Made by a program: the position numbers and the translations under genes
The notes under the pieces: model-generated
The model's input: only the letters and a program-made list of their open reading frames with translations
Database searches by the model: none
What the model was told of the DNA's origin: nothing
In this document: positions 40,601 to 49,095 of the stretch, one piece after another
How the letters are laid out: every line of letters starts with the position of its first letter
How positions within the stretch are numbered: the stretch's first letter is position 1
Assembly: GCA_938084745.1 (NCBI GenBank)
Contig: CALKEZ010000017.1
Coordinates: 111,458 to 175,457, forward strand
Length of the DNA stretch: 64,000 nt
Origin: an uncultured Gammaproteobacteria bacterium
GTDB lineage: Bacteria; Pseudomonadota; Gammaproteobacteria; Eutrophobiales; Eutrophobiaceae
Reading direction: 5' to 3'

Positions 40601-40700
40601 AGTTATTGTTGGAGGAATGATGGTGAGTACCTTCTTTACTTTAATTTTATTGCCAAGTCTGTTGCGTATCGGTGAATCTGAACCTGTTGCGGTTTCCTAA
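37662..40700 (+). CDS. RND efflux permease (AcrB/AcrD/CzcA superfamily), GTG start overlapping the adaptor stop
   Basis: A 1012 aa, 12-TM protein with large periplasmic loops and a typical AcrB-family N-terminus (…LANPVALLVAIILLLIFG…LPIQLTP). Confidence 0.9.
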   Translation: MNITKSCLANPVALLVAIILLLIFGSISLSRLPIQLTPELEQPEITITTTWRAAAPNEVEAEIIEPQEDVLRGLPGLTEIRATAYEGRGEINLTFAINMDMRRALVEVMNRLNQVSDYPDDANEPSISSVGQDARAIAWFMIKTEGDNQRSIESYKDFVEEVVQSRFERIPGVARSEVIGGSDRELRITFDPYKVANLGVQLDKVMKLAGTSKDVSGGFADVGKREYSIRFAGKYAASDLGEMILEWRDGRPVYLRDVATIEERLTDKNSFVLTKGTLSLAVNAQRESGVNVLEVMTGLHEAVEELNNGPLKRNKLSIEQVYDETIYIERSIAMVKNNLGLGIGLAIVVLFLFLLKFPATLIVAASIPICLVASFSVMDLAGRTLNIISLAGLAFAVGMVLDASIIILENIVRLRERGLSAEEASTLGTSQVFGALLASTATTVAIFLPVVFLRDEVGQLFSDLAITIAAAISFSLLTAITVVPTAAKLYLADKTFVDPYHRLWQVICNAIMVLTNTPLRRVVWIALLITVPLTIMYQLKPKADYLPDGNRNLAYAFILPPPGTNIDTIEKELGEIVAARMQPHVDGIKEPYIKHYFFVAFSRGVFMGARAQYDEDVDKLVPLINSVVQGFPDSIAFAKQASLFGGFGAGRTIDMNIQSKNLPALMSSALEAFIPISSMYPNTRPRPGLELAQPELRLLPNERRIAEAGWDRSIVAALTQTLGDGRFVGDYFNGEETLDIILRSKAWDTPEELGSIPVMTSTAGILPLNELVEIIRTAGPEQIRRINRRRTVTLEISPPPNVSLEEALDIIKTEVEPKVLAALPEDGDIQYGGTADKLTSALKNMAGSFLLAITILYLLMSAMFSSFKDSMLVMLSIPLATFGGVLALYIINLFSFQSMDLLTMIGFIILLGLVVNNAILLVYQARTAEREGSARKEAVRQAVLLRLRPIMMSTMTSIFGMLPLLLIPGAGTELYRGLAGVIVGGMMVSTFFTLILLPSLLRIGESEPVAVS

Positions 40701-40784
40701 GCTATTTTTATTGTGATGAACACACTATATTTTTAAAGCATGAAGAGATGAATTTCAGGAAAACAAAGCATAGAATCAGGACTT

Positions 40785-41813
40785 ATGAAGCAATTATTTA
40801 ATAGTGTTTTTGTGTTTAGTCTATTAGCTATCAGTTTGTCTGATGCTAATGCGACGCGGTATGTCCTGAGCGAGTCGGGCGATACCCTGGTGGGTGAAAT
40901 AATCACGGTCAAAGCAAATGAGAGCGAGACACTCCTCGATATTGGTCGCCGCAATGGCTTTGGCTATCAAGACATGAAGCTGGTTAATCCTGATGTTGAT
41001 ACCTGGCTACCAACTCATGGACAAGAGGTCATACTCCCATCCCAGTTTATTTTGCCGGTTGCGCCGATGGAAGGGATCATCCTGAATGTCCCGGAAATGC
41101 GTCTTTATTACTATCCGCCGAGAGTTAAAGGCAAACCACAAGAAGTCATTACCTATCCTTTAGGGGTTGGCCGTGAAGGCTGGAAAACACCCTACCTGAA
41201 GACAAAGATCATTGAGAAAAAAGCCAATCCAAACTGGTACCCACCTGAATCCATTCGCAAGGAACACGAAGCTGCGGGTGACCCGCTGCCAAAAATAGTC
41301 AAGGCTGGCCCGGATAACCCCCTAGGTGCATTTGCCATGCGCTTGGGTAACCCGGACTATCTTATTCATGGCACCAATAAGCCCTATGGTGTTGGGATGC
41401 GAGTCAGTCATGGGTGTATTCGTTTATACCCGGAAGATATTGAAGCGCTGTTCGCGGAAGTTTCACTTAAAACACCGGTAAATATTATTAATCAACCGTA
41501 CAAGGTCGGCGTCAAAGATAATGTAATTTATATCGAGGCGCATCCATTTCTGGATGAAGACACGGAAAAATATGAAAACAATCTGACCAGTGTCGTTGCG
41601 TTAATCATTAACATATCGAATGATAAACACTACGAACTGGATTGGTCTGCTGCCTATGACGCGATTAACAAGCCGACTGGTTTACCTATCGCTATTGGAC
41701 GCTATTTGTCTGAGGTAATGCAGGCAAAAGTAGATGAGATATCAACCAAAGCACTTAGCCAGGCAGAGCAACGTAATCTGCAACTACAATTGGATTCACA
41801 TCTTTCCAATTAA
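40785..41813 (+). CDS. L,D-transpeptidase (YkuD/ErfK/YbiS family) with signal peptide
   Basis: Catalytic motif …HGTNKPYGVGMRVSHGCIRL… in a 342 aa secreted protein. Confidence 0.85.
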   Translation: MKQLFNSVFVFSLLAISLSDANATRYVLSESGDTLVGEIITVKANESETLLDIGRRNGFGYQDMKLVNPDVDTWLPTHGQEVILPSQFILPVAPMEGIILNVPEMRLYYYPPRVKGKPQEVITYPLGVGREGWKTPYLKTKIIEKKANPNWYPPESIRKEHEAAGDPLPKIVKAGPDNPLGAFAMRLGNPDYLIHGTNKPYGVGMRVSHGCIRLYPEDIEALFAEVSLKTPVNIINQPYKVGVKDNVIYIEAHPFLDEDTEKYENNLTSVVALIINISNDKHYELDWSAAYDAINKPTGLPIAIGRYLSEVMQAKVDEISTKALSQAEQRNLQLQLDSHLSN

Positions 41814-41992
41814 TCAGGCAGTGTGTTTTTATCGGGCTGAATAGTCGCTTCGGACTTCCTGTCCTATCGCGATATTGGCTGCATGGATGCAGGTATCTAT
41901 GATTTGTAGGGAACAAGAATCATGACACTCTATACACCGCGATGCCGCTCTTGCGCATCCTGGTGCCCGCGGCATGCAGTACATCCGGTACA

Positions 41993-42028
41993 TAAAAAAA
42001 GCCCTGATTATTAATCTAAGCAGGGCTT
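41993..42028 (-). terminator. Rho-independent terminator downstream of the Lpp-like gene
   Basis: An 8-bp stem aagccctg/cagggctt (41999-42006 / 42021-42028) with a 14-nt loop, immediately followed on the minus strand by a 7-T run (plus-strand A7 at 41994-42000). Confidence 0.55.
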
Positions 42029-42055
42029 CCAATCGATAAATCTGTAACTGATTTA

Positions 42056-42349
42056 TTATTTCATCATTGCTTTTTCGAACATACGATCGATTTTAGCTGC
42101 ATTATCATTACAACACTCCAGACCGGCATCAGCACTTGCTTGTGCTTTTGCTGCGGCAAGTGCGGCTTCTGACGCTATACCATGTCCTTTCGAGGCTAGA
42201 TTATATGCATCTGTTGCTTTTGACATTGCTGCTGCTGCTGCTGCATTAGCCGCCTCAATATCGCTACTCATTTTTTTCATGTCTGCACAACCACCGACCA
42301 TAGCCAGTGAAAGTGCAAGTACGCTAACTTTGATTATTTTTGATTGCAT
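42056..42349 (-). CDS. Ala-rich Braun-lipoprotein (Lpp)-like small lipoprotein with a C-terminal Lys
   Basis: Start taken at MQSKIIKVSVLALSLAMVGGC (lipobox) with a GGAGA Shine-Dalgarno sequence. The mature part is Ala-rich and helical and ends …AKIDRMFEKAMMK with a terminal Lys, as in Lpp (…QRLDNMATKYRK). Confidence 0.55.
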   Translation of the reverse strand: MQSKIIKVSVLALSLAMVGGCADMKKMSSDIEAANAAAAAAMSKATDAYNLASKGHGIASEAALAAAKAQASADAGLECCNDNAAKIDRMFEKAMMK

Positions 42350-42501
42350 CGTTGTTCTCCAGTTAAACAATTGCTGAGGCTGTCCCCCACTTATAAAGTT
42401 TACTCCCGTAATCATGGACTATTTCATGATGTATATCAATTTCTATAAATAAAAATAAGCGTCTCAAAGTGGTGCAAAGACTAGGTTTTGTTCATTTTAA
42501 A

Positions 42502-42870
42502 CTAACGGCCAGCGCCTGAGCCTGATGATTTCATACGTTTATCATAATGATCAAATGTATAACTTGTCAGGGCATTCTCCACACTGGACATCGGGTTTTC
42601 ATCACAGTATTCATTTAACCATTCGACAATTTGATCCTCATTCATTTTGCCTGTGATGCTGTAGGTTTTTTCGGTGAAAATATTATATGCAGTCAAAAAA
42701 CCCTTTATATAATCTTTATATTTTTCCATATCGTTTGCAGCGACTGCTTTCGTGAAGCCAAAGCAGGCTTTTTTCCCCACGCCCCATACAGCATAGTTTC
42801 CAGTACTGTCGACAGCGAAGCTGGCTGTAGGGACTAATAAAAGACTGATTAAAATGGTTAAAATCTTCAT
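42502..42870 (-). CDS. Secreted hypothetical protein, 122 aa
   Basis: Signal peptide MKILTILISLLLVPTASFA; no known motif. Confidence 0.45.
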   Translation of the reverse strand: MKILTILISLLLVPTASFAVDSTGNYAVWGVGKKACFGFTKAVAANDMEKYKDYIKGFLTAYNIFTEKTYSITGKMNEDQIVEWLNEYCDENPMSSVENALTSYTFDHYDKRMKSSGSGAGR

Positions 42871-42918
42871 TTCTGATTCCTCGTTAATAGTAAGTTTTGT
42901 TGGCGATACTTTATATGA

Positions 42919-44097
42919 TTATTCAATGATGTGTTTGAGACCCGTAATTAGTCGTTTAATTCCTACCTCAGCTGTTTTCTTGTCCAGGGCACCATAAGCG
43001 ATACGACAATAACAGCCATCAGTAGCCCCGAATGTTTCCCCCGGAATGACCGCTACTTTATGCTCACGGATTAATTGTTCTGCGAGTTGCATCCCGGTAA
43101 GTGCCGTTTCGAGCTTGATTAGAAAATAAAACGCACCTTTAGAATCAGGTGTCTTACAAAACGCATCAATACTTTTTAATGCTGAGTATAGCGTACTGCG
43201 GACGGCATCAATCTGCTTTAAATGTGATTGTGTATAAGGACGGCCTACTTCTAAAGAGGCTACAGCAGCCTCTTGTGCAATTCGAGTAGGGCATATGAGG
43301 TTTGTATCCTGTGCTTTTTTTACCGACAGTAATAACTGTTCCGGAATTATCATATAGCCGATGCGCCAACCAGCAAATCCATATGCTTTTGACATGGAAT
43401 AGAGCGCAATCGTGTATGGCTCGGAACCGGAAATACTGGCGACGGAAAAATGTTCAGCGTCCTCAAACAGGAAATACTCGTAGGCTTCATCGGAGATGTG
43501 ATAAAGGCCTTTTTCTTTACAAAGATGATTGATAGCGCGCAGGGTAGTTTTCGAATAAACCATACCGGTTGGATTATTGGGCGACACGGTGACTATCGCT
43601 TTTGTTTTGTCGGTAATGGCTGAAACTATATTCTCGAGACAGGGCTGATAATTAGCATCTGTTTTTACAGCAACCGGCTGGCAAGACAGCATCTTTATCG
43701 CCATCTCATGGTTGAAATAATAGGGACTTAACAGAATGATCTCATCGCCTGGATCAGTGATTGCCATCAAGGCATTCATAAACCCCATGTTTGATCCGGC
43801 TGTGACTACCAGACTGCGGTTTTCATGCAGGTGGATATTGTTGTCTTCAGCAAGCTTGTTTGAAATTGTGGCTTTTAACTGTGGTATGCCATCAACTTCA
43901 GAGTAGCAGTGATAATCAAGCGCGGATGTTATCGGTGTTATTTTGTCCAGCGCAGATCGTGGTGGCGGATAATAAACAATGCCTTGCCCTAAAGAAATTG
44001 TGCCGGGTGATTTTTTAATCAAGTCCTGGATAAGTGAGATAACTGGCGATTGCACACCCAGCATTCGTTCACTTGCGGTAAAAGGAAATTTTTGCAT
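42919..44097 (-). CDS. PLP-dependent aminotransferase, class I/II
   Basis: A 392 aa protein with a PLP-lysine region (…YSMSKAYGFAGWRIGYMI…). Confidence 0.8.
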   Translation of the reverse strand: MQKFPFTASERMLGVQSPVISLIQDLIKKSPGTISLGQGIVYYPPPRSALDKITPITSALDYHCYSEVDGIPQLKATISNKLAEDNNIHLHENRSLVVTAGSNMGFMNALMAITDPGDEIILLSPYYFNHEMAIKMLSCQPVAVKTDANYQPCLENIVSAITDKTKAIVTVSPNNPTGMVYSKTTLRAINHLCKEKGLYHISDEAYEYFLFEDAEHFSVASISGSEPYTIALYSMSKAYGFAGWRIGYMIIPEQLLLSVKKAQDTNLICPTRIAQEAAVASLEVGRPYTQSHLKQIDAVRSTLYSALKSIDAFCKTPDSKGAFYFLIKLETALTGMQLAEQLIREHKVAVIPGETFGATDGCYCRIAYGALDKKTAEVGIKRLITGLKHIIE

Positions 44098-44110
44098 AAG
44101 ACTACAAACT

Positions 44111-44131
44111 AAAAACCGGGGTATTGCCCGG
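44111..44131 (-). terminator. Weak hairpin plus T-run downstream of the HNH endonuclease gene
   Basis: A ccggg/cccgg stem, preceded on the plus strand by A5 (a T5 run on the minus strand). Confidence 0.3.
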
Positions 44132-44158
44132 ACTGATTTTTATTAGCGCAAAACAGGA

Positions 44159-44731
44159 TCAGTTATCATAGAACAGCATTTTCCTTCCTGAAAACTGACT
44201 TTTCAGAAACTCCATCTGATCAGCAAGAATCTTTCTATTCGACAAGGCAAGGTATTCGGCCCAGTTTGGAATATAAGGTATTGCCAGTAATGGCATGCTA
44301 GCCCTTTCAGGAGTGCGGTTCCCTTTGCGGGTATTGCAATGGCGACACGCTGTTACAACATTTGACCAACGGTCTTTTCCGCCTTTGGATACCGGAATAA
44401 TATGATCCCGCGTTAATGAACAGTCATTGAATTTATTACCACAATACATGCACAAAAAAGCATCGCGCAAAAACAATTCACGATTTGTTAACGGCGGTAT
44501 AATGCGTTTGTTATGTTTCGCATGGTTAGAACGTTTGACTGCTATTATTGAATTAATTTCAACAATAGACCTTAAGCCGGTTAAACGACTCGTGCCGCCA
44601 TGAAAGGTAAAAATGCTATCGCCCGCAGTCCATGCAATCATTTCGCGGCTGTAAAGATTGACCGCATCTTGCCATGGAATCCACCTTATGGGAGAGCCCG
44701 CTATATCAAGTCTTAAAATTAATGGTGTCAT
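44159..44731 (-). CDS. HNH endonuclease family protein
   Basis: An HNH/zinc motif (…CMYCGNKF…LTRDHIIPVSKGGKDRWSNVVTACRHCNTRKGN…). Start taken at MTPLILRLDIAG…; the ORF-track extension upstream was not used. Confidence 0.7.
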   Translation of the reverse strand: MTPLILRLDIAGSPIRWIPWQDAVNLYSREMIAWTAGDSIFTFHGGTSRLTGLRSIVEINSIIAVKRSNHAKHNKRIIPPLTNRELFLRDAFLCMYCGNKFNDCSLTRDHIIPVSKGGKDRWSNVVTACRHCNTRKGNRTPERASMPLLAIPYIPNWAEYLALSNRKILADQMEFLKSQFSGRKMLFYDN

Positions 44732-44868
44732 ATTACTTTTGTTATTGGATAGACTTTTGTAAAGTCGTCCAAAATAACATCCTTTTGAGATGAAATTATA
44801 GTGTGCCAGTTTTATGCGAAACATAAACCAAGGTCAAGTCCTCATTATTATATAGCGTCAAAATCCCT

Positions 44869-45678
44869 ATGAAAGAACTGGAAAGATTACTTGTTATTAT
44901 GAAGTCACTGCGTGACCCTCTAGGTGGATGTCCCTGGGATAAGGTACAGACTATAGATTCAATTAAAGGTTTTACCCTGGAAGAAGCCTATGAAGTTGTG
45001 GATGCGATAGAACGTAACGACATCGAGGGCTTGCGAGATGAACTGGGTGATCTACTATTTCACATCATTTTCTATGCTGAAATGGCCGATGAGCAAAGCC
45101 AGTTTGATTTCAGAGATGTTGTCAGGCAATTGGTTGAAAAACTTGAACGCCGACACCCACACGTTTTCTCAGATACTAAGGCCGAGAATATTGAGCAAGT
45201 TAAAGCACTATGGGAAAAAATAAAACAGCAGGAACGTGAAGACGGCGCTGGACAAAATACGGATACAGCGCAACTACTACTGGATGATATTGGCAAGCAC
45301 ATGCCTGCTATTCAAAGAGCTGCAAAACTACAAAAACGGGCAGCGACAGTTGGTTTTGACTGGACGGAGAGCCGGGATATCTTAAATAAACTGGATGAAG
45401 AACTGGCTGAGCTTCGCGAAGCATCGCTTAATCCGGCTAATATGGATGATATTTCTGAAGAATTGGGCGATTTGATGTTTTGCTGCATCAATCTTGCCCG
45501 ACATTATAAAATTGATGCCGAGTTGTCGCTTCGTAATACCAACGAAAAATTCATTCATCGGTTTAACTACATCGAAGCTGCTCTTGAAAAGCAAAATAAA
45601 TCATTGGCTGATGCGACGTTGGAAGAAATGGACGCCCTTTGGAACGAAGCGAAACTGAAACCGGTTAATTCAAACTAG
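44869..45678 (+). CDS. mazG: Nucleoside triphosphate pyrophosphohydrolase MazG
   Basis: A 269 aa protein with tandem MazG domains and EExxE/D motifs (…LEEAYEVVDAIE…, …LAELREA…EELGDLMF…). Confidence 0.9.
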   Translation: MKELERLLVIMKSLRDPLGGCPWDKVQTIDSIKGFTLEEAYEVVDAIERNDIEGLRDELGDLLFHIIFYAEMADEQSQFDFRDVVRQLVEKLERRHPHVFSDTKAENIEQVKALWEKIKQQEREDGAGQNTDTAQLLLDDIGKHMPAIQRAAKLQKRAATVGFDWTESRDILNKLDEELAELREASLNPANMDDISEELGDLMFCCINLARHYKIDAELSLRNTNEKFIHRFNYIEAALEKQNKSLADATLEEMDALWNEAKLKPVNSN

Positions 45679-45965
45679 TGTAGTCGATTCCTGTCTAGAT
45701 TGATTATTCTGCCATTAGCATCAAACTCGATTTCAGTGATCCATTTGCCATTACTCTGTTGCATGGGCATAAAAAACCAGGTTTTACGCAGGATACTGTC
45801 ATGATAATCGCTTTTTACAGTTTCATGATCAGGTGGCCCTAATCTGTAAAGCACCTCTGCTTCTGACATTCCTTTTCTAAGCTTGATGTAATCGCGCATG
45901 TCAATCTCATCGGCAGAGGCTACAGAACCATAAAGTAGTATAAGGAGGAGGAGGAATTTCTTCAT
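45675..45965 (-). CDS. Small secreted hypothetical protein
   Basis: Start taken at MKKFLLLLILLYGSVASA (signal peptide); an AGGAGG Shine-Dalgarno sequence lies just upstream on the minus strand. Confidence 0.45.
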   Translation of the reverse strand: MKKFLLLLILLYGSVASADEIDMRDYIKLRKGMSEAEVLYRLGPPDHETVKSDYHDSILRKTWFFMPMQQSNGKWITEIEFDANGRIINLDRNRLH

Positions 45966-46210
45966 GGTATGTGTCTTAATTGTTCTTATACTTATAGAGT
46001 TGATTAGATGACGGAGGTTCATTTTTAGAGCGACAAAAAAATGGGTGCAAAATAACATTGCACCCAGTATTTCAAGAGGAGGAAGGAATACTACTGTTAT
46101 TTATTTTGCATTTGTTATGCCATTTATATTTATATACTATATAAATCAAATGTATAAGAAGTAATTATAAAGTTAAATAGAGGTAACTTACGGCAACTTT
46201 TTGTCGTTAT

Positions 46211-46250
46211 AAACGAAAAACGCCGCTATTTGTTGTCAAAAAGCGGCGCT
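46211..46250 (-). terminator. Rho-independent terminator downstream of folE2
   Basis: A 7-bp GC-rich stem cgccgct/agcggcg (46221-46227 / 46242-46248), followed on the minus strand by TTTTTCGTTT. Confidence 0.5.
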
Positions 46251-46277
46251 TGAAGGTGATAGTTGCTTGTCAGGGAA

Positions 46278-47108
46278 TCAGTTTTTTTCTTTTTCCTTAT
46301 CGCATTCAAGCATGGCATAGGCTGAGTGATTATGAATAGATTCAAAATTTTCTGATTCAACTGTGTAGCCCAAGATACGGTCATCCTTGTTAAATTCGAC
46401 AGCGACATCACGGACGATGTCTTCTACAAATTTTGGATTGTCGTAGGCCCTTTCAGTGACATATTTTTCGTCAGGCCGTTTTAAAAGACCATAAAGTTCA
46501 CAAGAGGCGACTTTCTCAATAATATCAATCAATTCTTCAATCCAGATGAAATCTTTCATCCTGACGCATGCGGTAATATGAGAACGCTGATTGTGTGCGC
46601 CATATTCCGAAATATTTTTTGAACAAGGACAGAGCGACGTAACGGGAACCAGTACTTTTACCAATACTTCCGATTTTTTATCCTTGATTTGACCAATAAA
46701 TGAGACTTCATAGTCCATTAAACTCTTAACACCTGATACGGGAGCGGCCTTATTCACAAAATAAGGGAAGGACATTTCGATATCGCCCGACTGTGCATTA
46801 AGTAACTCTGTCATTTCTTCAATCATGCGTTTGAACGATTGCACGGTAATTTCGTACTCATGATGATTCAGGATTTCGACAAATCGTGACATATGAGTGC
46901 CTTTGTATTTTTCCGGCAAGTTCACATACATGTTGAAATTAGCGACCGTGTGTTGTTCCCGACCTGAACGATCACTGACGACAACAGGATGCTTGATGTC
47001 CTTAATACCGACTTTATCGATGGCAATATGCCTGGTATCAAGACTATTTTGTGTGTCGGGTATCTCTGTTGTTGCGGGTGCTGATTGATTCATTTGTTTA
47101 AATTCCAA
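46278..47108 (-). CDS. folE2: GTP cyclohydrolase FolE2/MptA (type IB)
   Basis: A 276 aa protein with a FolE2/MptA-family sequence (…[12 protein letters not shown]…GAHNQRSH…). Confidence 0.85.
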   Translation of the reverse strand: MEFKQMNQSAPATTEIPDTQNSLDTRHIAIDKVGIKDIKHPVVVSDRSGREQHTVANFNMYVNLPEKYKGTHMSRFVEILNHHEYEITVQSFKRMIEEMTELLNAQSGDIEMSFPYFVNKAAPVSGVKSLMDYEVSFIGQIKDKKSEVLVKVLVPVTSLCPCSKNISEYGAHNQRSHITACVRMKDFIWIEELIDIIEKVASCELYGLLKRPDEKYVTERAYDNPKFVEDIVRDVAVEFNKDDRILGYTVESENFESIHNHSAYAMLECDKEKEKN

Positions 47109-47217
47109 TAGCTTAGGTTAAATTGGGTAAAAGTCATTCACTAAGCCGAACGATTCTACTCTATTTGATACTCATATCCATCTTACTCAGAGGCAATATG
47201 CAGTGCTTATGTTCAGT

Positions 47218-48111
47218 TTATTTATTACGTTTGACGATATAATCTGCGATAGACCTTAACATATCTGCTTTTTCATCGAAGGCATCAAGGCATTTTAAGG
47301 CCTTGCTGTGCAAATCATTGGCCGCTTTTTTTGCACCATCAAGACCCAGTAGATTAGGGTAGGTGGGTTTATTCATTGCCATATCAGAACCTTGCGGTTT
47401 GCCCAATGTCTCAGTATCACTCTCTATATCGAGGATATCGTCCTTAATTTGAAACGCGAGACCAATGCATTTGGAATATTGTGAGATAAGTTTGAGTAAT
47501 TCCGGATCGACATCCGCAACAGAAAGTGCGCCTAATTCTGCGCTTGCTCTTATTAAGGCGCCTGTTTTGTGAATATGCATATTTTCAAGTTCGGCAATCG
47601 ATAATGCCTTGCCAACTGAGGCTAAATCGATAGCCTGGCCGCCTGCCATGCCTCTTGAACCGCTGGCAATCGCCAGTGTTTCAATCATGCCAAGTCGTTG
47701 ATGATCATTAACAGTTATTTGCGGATCATGTGCCAATATGTGAAAGGCTAATGCTTGTAATGCATCGCCCGCTAATATAGCGGTGGCATCATCATAGGCT
47801 CGGTGACAGGTGGGCCTGCCACGTCGCAGATCGTCGTCATCCATGGCCGGCAAATCATCGTGGATGAGCGAATAGGCATGAATGATCTCGACTGCACAGG
47901 CAGGTCCGTCCAATGCGCCTAAATCAATACCAAACGCTTCTCCGGTGGCATATAGAATAACCGGGCGAATGCGCTTGCCATTACCCAGTACTGAATAACG
48001 CATGGCTTCATGTAATTTTTCAGGTTGGATTGCTGAAGCAGGTAGCCAGCGATCAAGGGCTGTTTCTATAGATTTTTGATAAATCTGTAATCGTTCTGTG
48101 AAATCGGACAT
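47218..48111 (-). CDS. ispA: Farnesyl diphosphate synthase (geranyltranstransferase) IspA
   Basis: First Asp-rich motif LIHDDLPAMDDDDLRRG and second motif KDDILD. It sits immediately after xseB, as in the xseB-ispA operon. Confidence 0.9.
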   Translation of the reverse strand: MSDFTERLQIYQKSIETALDRWLPASAIQPEKLHEAMRYSVLGNGKRIRPVILYATGEAFGIDLGALDGPACAVEIIHAYSLIHDDLPAMDDDDLRRGRPTCHRAYDDATAILAGDALQALAFHILAHDPQITVNDHQRLGMIETLAIASGSRGMAGGQAIDLASVGKALSIAELENMHIHKTGALIRASAELGALSVADVDPELLKLISQYSKCIGLAFQIKDDILDIESDTETLGKPQGSDMAMNKPTYPNLLGLDGAKKAANDLHSKALKCLDAFDEKADMLRSIADYIVKRNK

Positions 48112-48369
48112 TTATTCCTTGGTATCGTCTGGGTTGAAGGGTTCAAGTTCGTTTTTGCCATCTTTATTAAGCAGAACACTGACTTTTTGTTCGGCTTCGC
48201 TTAAAGCTTGTTGGCATGACTTGGTTAAAACTATCCCACGTTCAAAATGCTTAAGCGACTCTTCCAAAGTGAGGTCACCCTTTTCCATGGTTTCCACCAG
48301 CTGTTCAAGTTCAGCCAGGGTTTTTTCGAAATTGATTGAATTTGTTTTCTTTGGCACAAGAAATATCAA
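48112..48369 (-). CDS. xseB: Exodeoxyribonuclease VII small subunit XseB
   Basis: An 85 aa XseB-like protein (…FEKTLAELEQLVETMEKGDLTLEESLKHFERG…). Confidence 0.85.
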   Translation of the reverse strand: MIFLVPKKTNSINFEKTLAELEQLVETMEKGDLTLEESLKHFERGIVLTKSCQQALSEAEQKVSVLLNKDGKNELEPFNPDDTKE

Positions 48370-48597
48370 AACCTAATGGGTTAAAGTTATTATTATGAGG
48401 TGACATTTAAAAAGAAGCATATATTAGCATCACTTGGCCTCATTACTAGTCCGGCAAAACGTCTATCAGATGAAAAGTATTTGATCCGTTGACGTTTGAC
48501 AGTAAATCAAGCCTGAGCTAGAGTTTTATTAGCTTAGACTAAGTCTAATTTATAATAATTCGACGTAAATGAATAGCACCAATCGGAGGAGAAAAGT

Positions 48598-49017
48598 ATG
48601 GACCTTAAAGGCTCTAAAACTGAAGAAAATTTAAAAGCAGCATTCGCCGGTGAATCTCAAGCTAACCGTCGATATCTTTATTTCGCACAAAAAGCCGATG
48701 TAGAAGGCTATAACGACGTTTCTGCAGTTTTCAGATCAACCGCTGAAGGTGAAACAGGACACGCTCATGGGCATTTGGAGTATCTTGAAGCTGTCGGTGA
48801 TCCTGCCACCGGTGAACCAATAGGCAGTACTGACCTTAACCTAAAAGCCGCTATCGCCGGTGAAACTCATGAGTATACTGATATGTATCCGGGTATGGCT
48901 AAAGCTGCTCGTGAAGAAGGATTTGACGAGATTGCTGACTGGTTTGAAACGTTAGCAAAAGCGGAACGCTCCCACGCAAATCGTTTTACCAAGGCATTAG
49001 AAGGACTGGACTCATAA
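48598..49017 (+). CDS. Rubrerythrin-family diiron protein (no rubredoxin domain)
   Basis: Paired ExxH-type ferritin-like motifs (…[11 protein letters not shown]…, …AGETHEY…, …AERSHANRF…) in a 139 aa protein with a good Shine-Dalgarno sequence (GGAGGAG). Confidence 0.75.
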   Translation: MDLKGSKTEENLKAAFAGESQANRRYLYFAQKADVEGYNDVSAVFRSTAEGETGHAHGHLEYLEAVGDPATGEPIGSTDLNLKAAIAGETHEYTDMYPGMAKAAREEGFDEIADWFETLAKAERSHANRFTKALEGLDS

Positions 49018-49095
49018 ATTTACCAGTAACAGTGTAATTGAGCCGGTTCCAACCGGGTCAGTTATTTACTTCACCTCAACTTTAAAATTGATTTT

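Noticed and set aside
48370-48597. Fur/PerR-type box in the xseB/rubrerythrin divergent promoter
   Set aside because: Only a 6-bp inverted repeat with a 3-bp spacer (ttagac-taa-gtctaa) and ttgac direct repeats were seen. There is no convincing match to the 19-bp Fur or PerR consensus.
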